In this document: positions 31,408 to 34,706 of the stretch, one piece after another
How the letters are laid out: each line of letters opens with the position of its first letter
How positions within the stretch are numbered: the first letter of the stretch is position 1
From: Octopus sinensis
Lineage: Eukaryota
NCBI RefSeq assembly: GCF_006345805.1
Contig: NW_021833318.1
Coordinates: forward strand, 1-34,706
Direction: 5' to 3'
Length of the DNA: 34,706 nt
The notes under the pieces: model-generated
Seen by the model: the letters and a program-made list of their open reading frames with translations, nothing else
Database searches by the model: none
What the model was told of the DNA's origin: nothing
Position numbers and translations under genes: made by a program

Positions 31408-33110
31408 CCTGCGGCCAAAGAGACAAAAATTGAGTACATCAACATCGAAGATGATGATATCACACTAGCCATTGATGAGATTGACACAAACTCAGCTGCT
31501 GGACCTGATGGATTCCCAGCGATCCTTCTCAAATCGTGCAACGAGCCCTTGCAAAACCGCTACAGCTTTCTTGCAAGTGGTAAGCTCCCAGTCAAATTGA
31601 AAGAGGGGGTAATATGCCCTATCCATAGGGAGGTAGCAGAGCAGATGCTAAAAATTATAGGCCTATCTCTCTGACCTCACCATCAGCAAAGTCTGGAACG
31701 TATAGTCCGTAAGAAAACTAATCATGTTCCTTGAAGAATGACTTGCTGTCTGACACCCAGCATGGATTTCGACCAGGTAGAGGCTGCCTAAAACAGCTCC
31801 TGCAACACTATGACTGGGTGTTGAACAGCTACTAAATGGCTCAAATGTGGATGTAATATATCTCGACTTTGCAAAAGCCTTTGATAAAGTCGACCATGGT
31901 ATGATCTGTCACAACCTGCGGTGGTCTCGGCATAGGCGGGAAACTTGGAGAGTGGCTGCACAAACTTCCTAAAAGACAGAAAACAGGCATTATGAGCATG
32001 GAGCCACTTCAAGGAAACGCAAATAACAAGCGGTATCCCACAGGGCACTGTCTTGGGGCCACTGATGTTCATAGTGGCCCTTTCAGACATCCTTCATTGC
32101 TACGATGACCACCCTTGCTAGCTATGCAGATGACGCAAAAGTCTCCCACGCAAACACAAACCCTGAAAATATTGCGCATCTGCAACATGAGCTGGACACA
32201 ATACAGGTGGGTCTGAGGACAACAACATGCAGTTTAATGCAGGTACGTTCCAAGCCCTGCGCTACTGGCACACAAAGGTAAATGACGTGAAGACTGGATA
32301 CACTGGCCCAGGAAGAATTGCAATCCCTGAGTCAAAATCAGTGCGTGACCTGGCATGACATGAGCAATGATGCATCTTTCCAAATGCATATTTGCTAATC
32401 TGTGATAAAATGCAGACGGCTAGCTGGATGGATTCTCCGAACTTTCAGAACAAGAGAGAAGGAGACACGGATGGTCCTATGGAAAACATTCGTCCTCAGC
32501 GCTTGGACTATGCTCCCAACTTTGGTCACCACACAATATAAAACAAACAGCAGAACTCGAAGCAATTCAGAGAAGCTACACAAAGAAAATCGTCTCAATG
32601 CAAAATATCAGCTAACTGGGAAAAGACTGAAGGTATTAAACCTCTTCTCCCTAGAGCGGAGGCGGGAGAGATATGCAGTGATATACATCTGGAAAATCCT
32701 GGAGGGTCTGGTCCCAAACTTTGGCATTCAAAGTTACTCCAACCGCAAGAACGGGGCGCTGCTGCGTGGTGCCAAGGATTCCACATCACCATCAAAATAC
32801 AGGTCCAGATACTGCAACAGCTTGGGTTTCAGAGGACCACAGCTCTTTAACATCCTCCCTAAATGCCTGAGAGACTTACATGGTGTGGATGTGGGTTCTT
32901 TAAAACTAAACTGGATCTCTTCTTGTTGTGAGTCCCAGATGAACCCTACCTCACGACAGGAATAGCAGATGCGGGCAGCAGTATCGAACTCCCTTGTTGA
33001 TCAAGTGCCACGTATCAGAGGTGGATTCCAAACTAGTGTAGCTCATTCAGCGGTGGTGCCCCAACATGGCCGCGGCCTTCGGGCTAAAACATTTTTAAGG
33101 ATTAAGGATT
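31408..33110 (+). pseudogene. CR1/L2-type LINE, 5'-truncated, RT domain to 3' tail, many 1-bp indels
   Basis: Fragments SAAGPDGFPAILLK, NYRPISLTS, QHGFRPGR, YLDFAKAFDKVDH, SGIPQGTVLGPLMF, YADDAK, then the same C-terminus and TTAAGGA tail as 22105-22596. Confidence 0.95.
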
Positions 33111-33182
33111 TATATATTATATATATATAGGTATATGTATATTATATATATATAAGGTATATATATATATATATATATATAT

Positions 33183-33221
<39 letters not shown>

Positions 33222-33224
<3 letters not shown>

Positions 33225-33285
33225 CTCGGCTAAAGACGGTGCCACAGTCAAATGACTGAAACAAGTAGAGTAAAAGAGAGAGAGT
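33222..33285 (+). mobile_element. SINE family A terminal fragment
   Basis: ttgctcggctaaag...ccacagtcaaatgactgaaacaagta. Confidence 0.75.
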
Positions 33286-33537
33286 AATATATGTATGTGT
33301 ATATATATATAGGTATATATATGTAATATATATATATATATATATTTAGATATATATATATAGGTATATGTAAAATATATATATAGGTATATGTTATATA
33401 TATAGGTATAGCATATATATATATATAGGATATGGCATATATATGTAGGTATATGTATATACATATATATATATAGGTATATGAATATATATATATATAT
33501 TTATATAGGTATAATGAATATATATATATATTTATAT

Positions 33538-33584
<47 letters not shown>

Positions 33585-33733
33585 ATATATAGTATTATAT
33601 ATATAAGCAAAAATTTATATTCAGGTGAATATGATACTTAAGTTGACGGCACAGAATTTAATACGGTATATCCTTGCAATTCAAAATAAGGTGATTAATA
33701 TCAAAATAAGCAACAAGGATATCCAGAGGTTAT

Positions 33734-33817
33734 GCAGTACGATCGTTTCACGAAACTCCATTTAATTGAACAATGCAATCATGACATCAATTTAAATGCA
33801 GAGCAATCTTCAGCTGC
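33734..33817 (-). ncRNA. Type I hammerhead ribozyme with decayed stem II base
   Basis: Minus strand GCAG-CTGAAGA-[long stem ctc..catttaaattga / tcaattaaatggag]-GAAAC-GATC-GTA-CTGC. Palindromic stem III ACGATCGT and 4-bp stem I. GUA cleavage between 33738 and 33737. Confidence 0.65.
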
Positions 33818-33974
33818 CCAAAGCCATAGAATTTAATTAAATTAAAACAGATGGACACATTAGTATGATTTTACCTAAAATCTCCAAGAAGTTAAGGAGA
33901 TAGACAAAGAACATGTTGCCCTCACTTCAGCGTAGAAGTTGCTAAGCTATCAGGAAGAAAGACAAGATTTGCTT

Positions 33975-34392
33975 GTCAGTTGTTTGACCTTAACCAGTTG
34001 AGCATATACCTTAGTGGCTGACGATATGTGCATCTCTGATCACGAGCATAAGTAGTGGGGGAGCATCATAGTCATGTGTCAAGAAGAATTCTTTGGTGTT
34101 TGGATAATTCACCTCAGGAAGCATGGGTGTTTTGTTCAACATCCTTAAGCAAACCTTATTCAGAGACCTTTTGAGTGGGATGGGCTACTCGACCTGAAGA
34201 AAATTTCTGCTGGGCCTGAAGGTCATGCAAGGTCATGCGCTGTTAATCTTCATAAGAGATCACCATGTCACAGACATATGGTTGTGATGCATGTGCCTGG
34301 TGTACCCTTATCAGACGAGTAGTCATGATGAGTATATTGGGTTTCCTATATTTTACCCCAGTGTCACTTTGAAGCCGTGTACTGCTCTCTTA
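33975..34392 (+). mobile_element. Non-coding interspersed repeat ending in an (AAT)n tail (unclassified retroposon)
   Basis: Complex non-coding segment that ends directly in (AAT)n. Recalled as an abundant octopus repeat; family not assigned. Confidence 0.4.
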
Positions 34393-34401
34393 ATAATAAT
34401 G

Positions 34402-34458
<57 letters not shown>

Positions 34459-34460
<2 letters not shown>

Positions 34461-34692
34461 GGAAGTGCAAAAAATCGTGTTAACTGGAACGATTCGTGTA
34501 CTGAGAAGAGCATTATCGCTGTGAAAACAACATCCATTAATGAATTTATTTATTTAAATATATATTTTACCTGCGAATTTGCGGGTGTAATCTGGGAATG
34601 CATATAATAAGGTTTTCTGCTCTAGGTGCGCGGAAAACACTCGGCGAGAAATGGAAGAAAATTTGAAGAAGGAAAAAAATAATAATAATAAT
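34459..34692 (+). mobile_element. RLE LINE 3' end (EVQKIVLTGTIRVLRRALSL*), 3' UTR and (AAT)n tail
   Basis: The QKxVLxGTxxILRxxL terminal motif is shared with the other Dong-type ends. It begins right after an (AAT)n tract. Confidence 0.75.
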
Positions 34693-34706
34693 ATACGCAC
34701 ACATAT

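Noticed and set aside
34017-34060. CTGACGA followed by a short stem
   Set aside because: There is no GAAA or cleavage triplet at the required position.

Overview
AT-rich eukaryotic genomic DNA dominated by microsatellites and retroposons. The SINE, LINE and microsatellite landscape looks like an octopus (coleoid cephalopod) genome; this is inferred from recalled repeat families and was not checked by a database search. Nearly all long ORFs in the supplied track are artefacts of simple repeats. Only one host coding exon is convincing: 23785-24549 (+), a 249-aa secreted precursor-like protein of unknown function. It has a signal peptide, dibasic sites and a C-terminal C-CC-C peptide ending W-GRR, and its stop codon overlaps the AATAAA signal. 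Transposons include several tRNA-derived SINE families, R4/Dong-type RLE LINE ends sitting in (AAT)n tracts, two CR1/L2-type LINE copies, a DD34D mariner, a DD37D maT fragment, a Helitron-like element and a hairpin MITE. An RTE 3' end encodes three tandem C2H2 fingers and is followed by an internally deleted RTE derivative whose (ATGT)n tail continues as a 5.5-kb satellite. Three type I hammerhead ribozyme motifs of Penelope-like/retrozyme type are present (30444-30541 +, 30931-31023 -, 33734-33817 -); the first two face each other across one (TA)n tract. Two further degenerate hammerhead-like relics occur near the start. Scattered 1-bp indels suggest residual long-read consensus errors.
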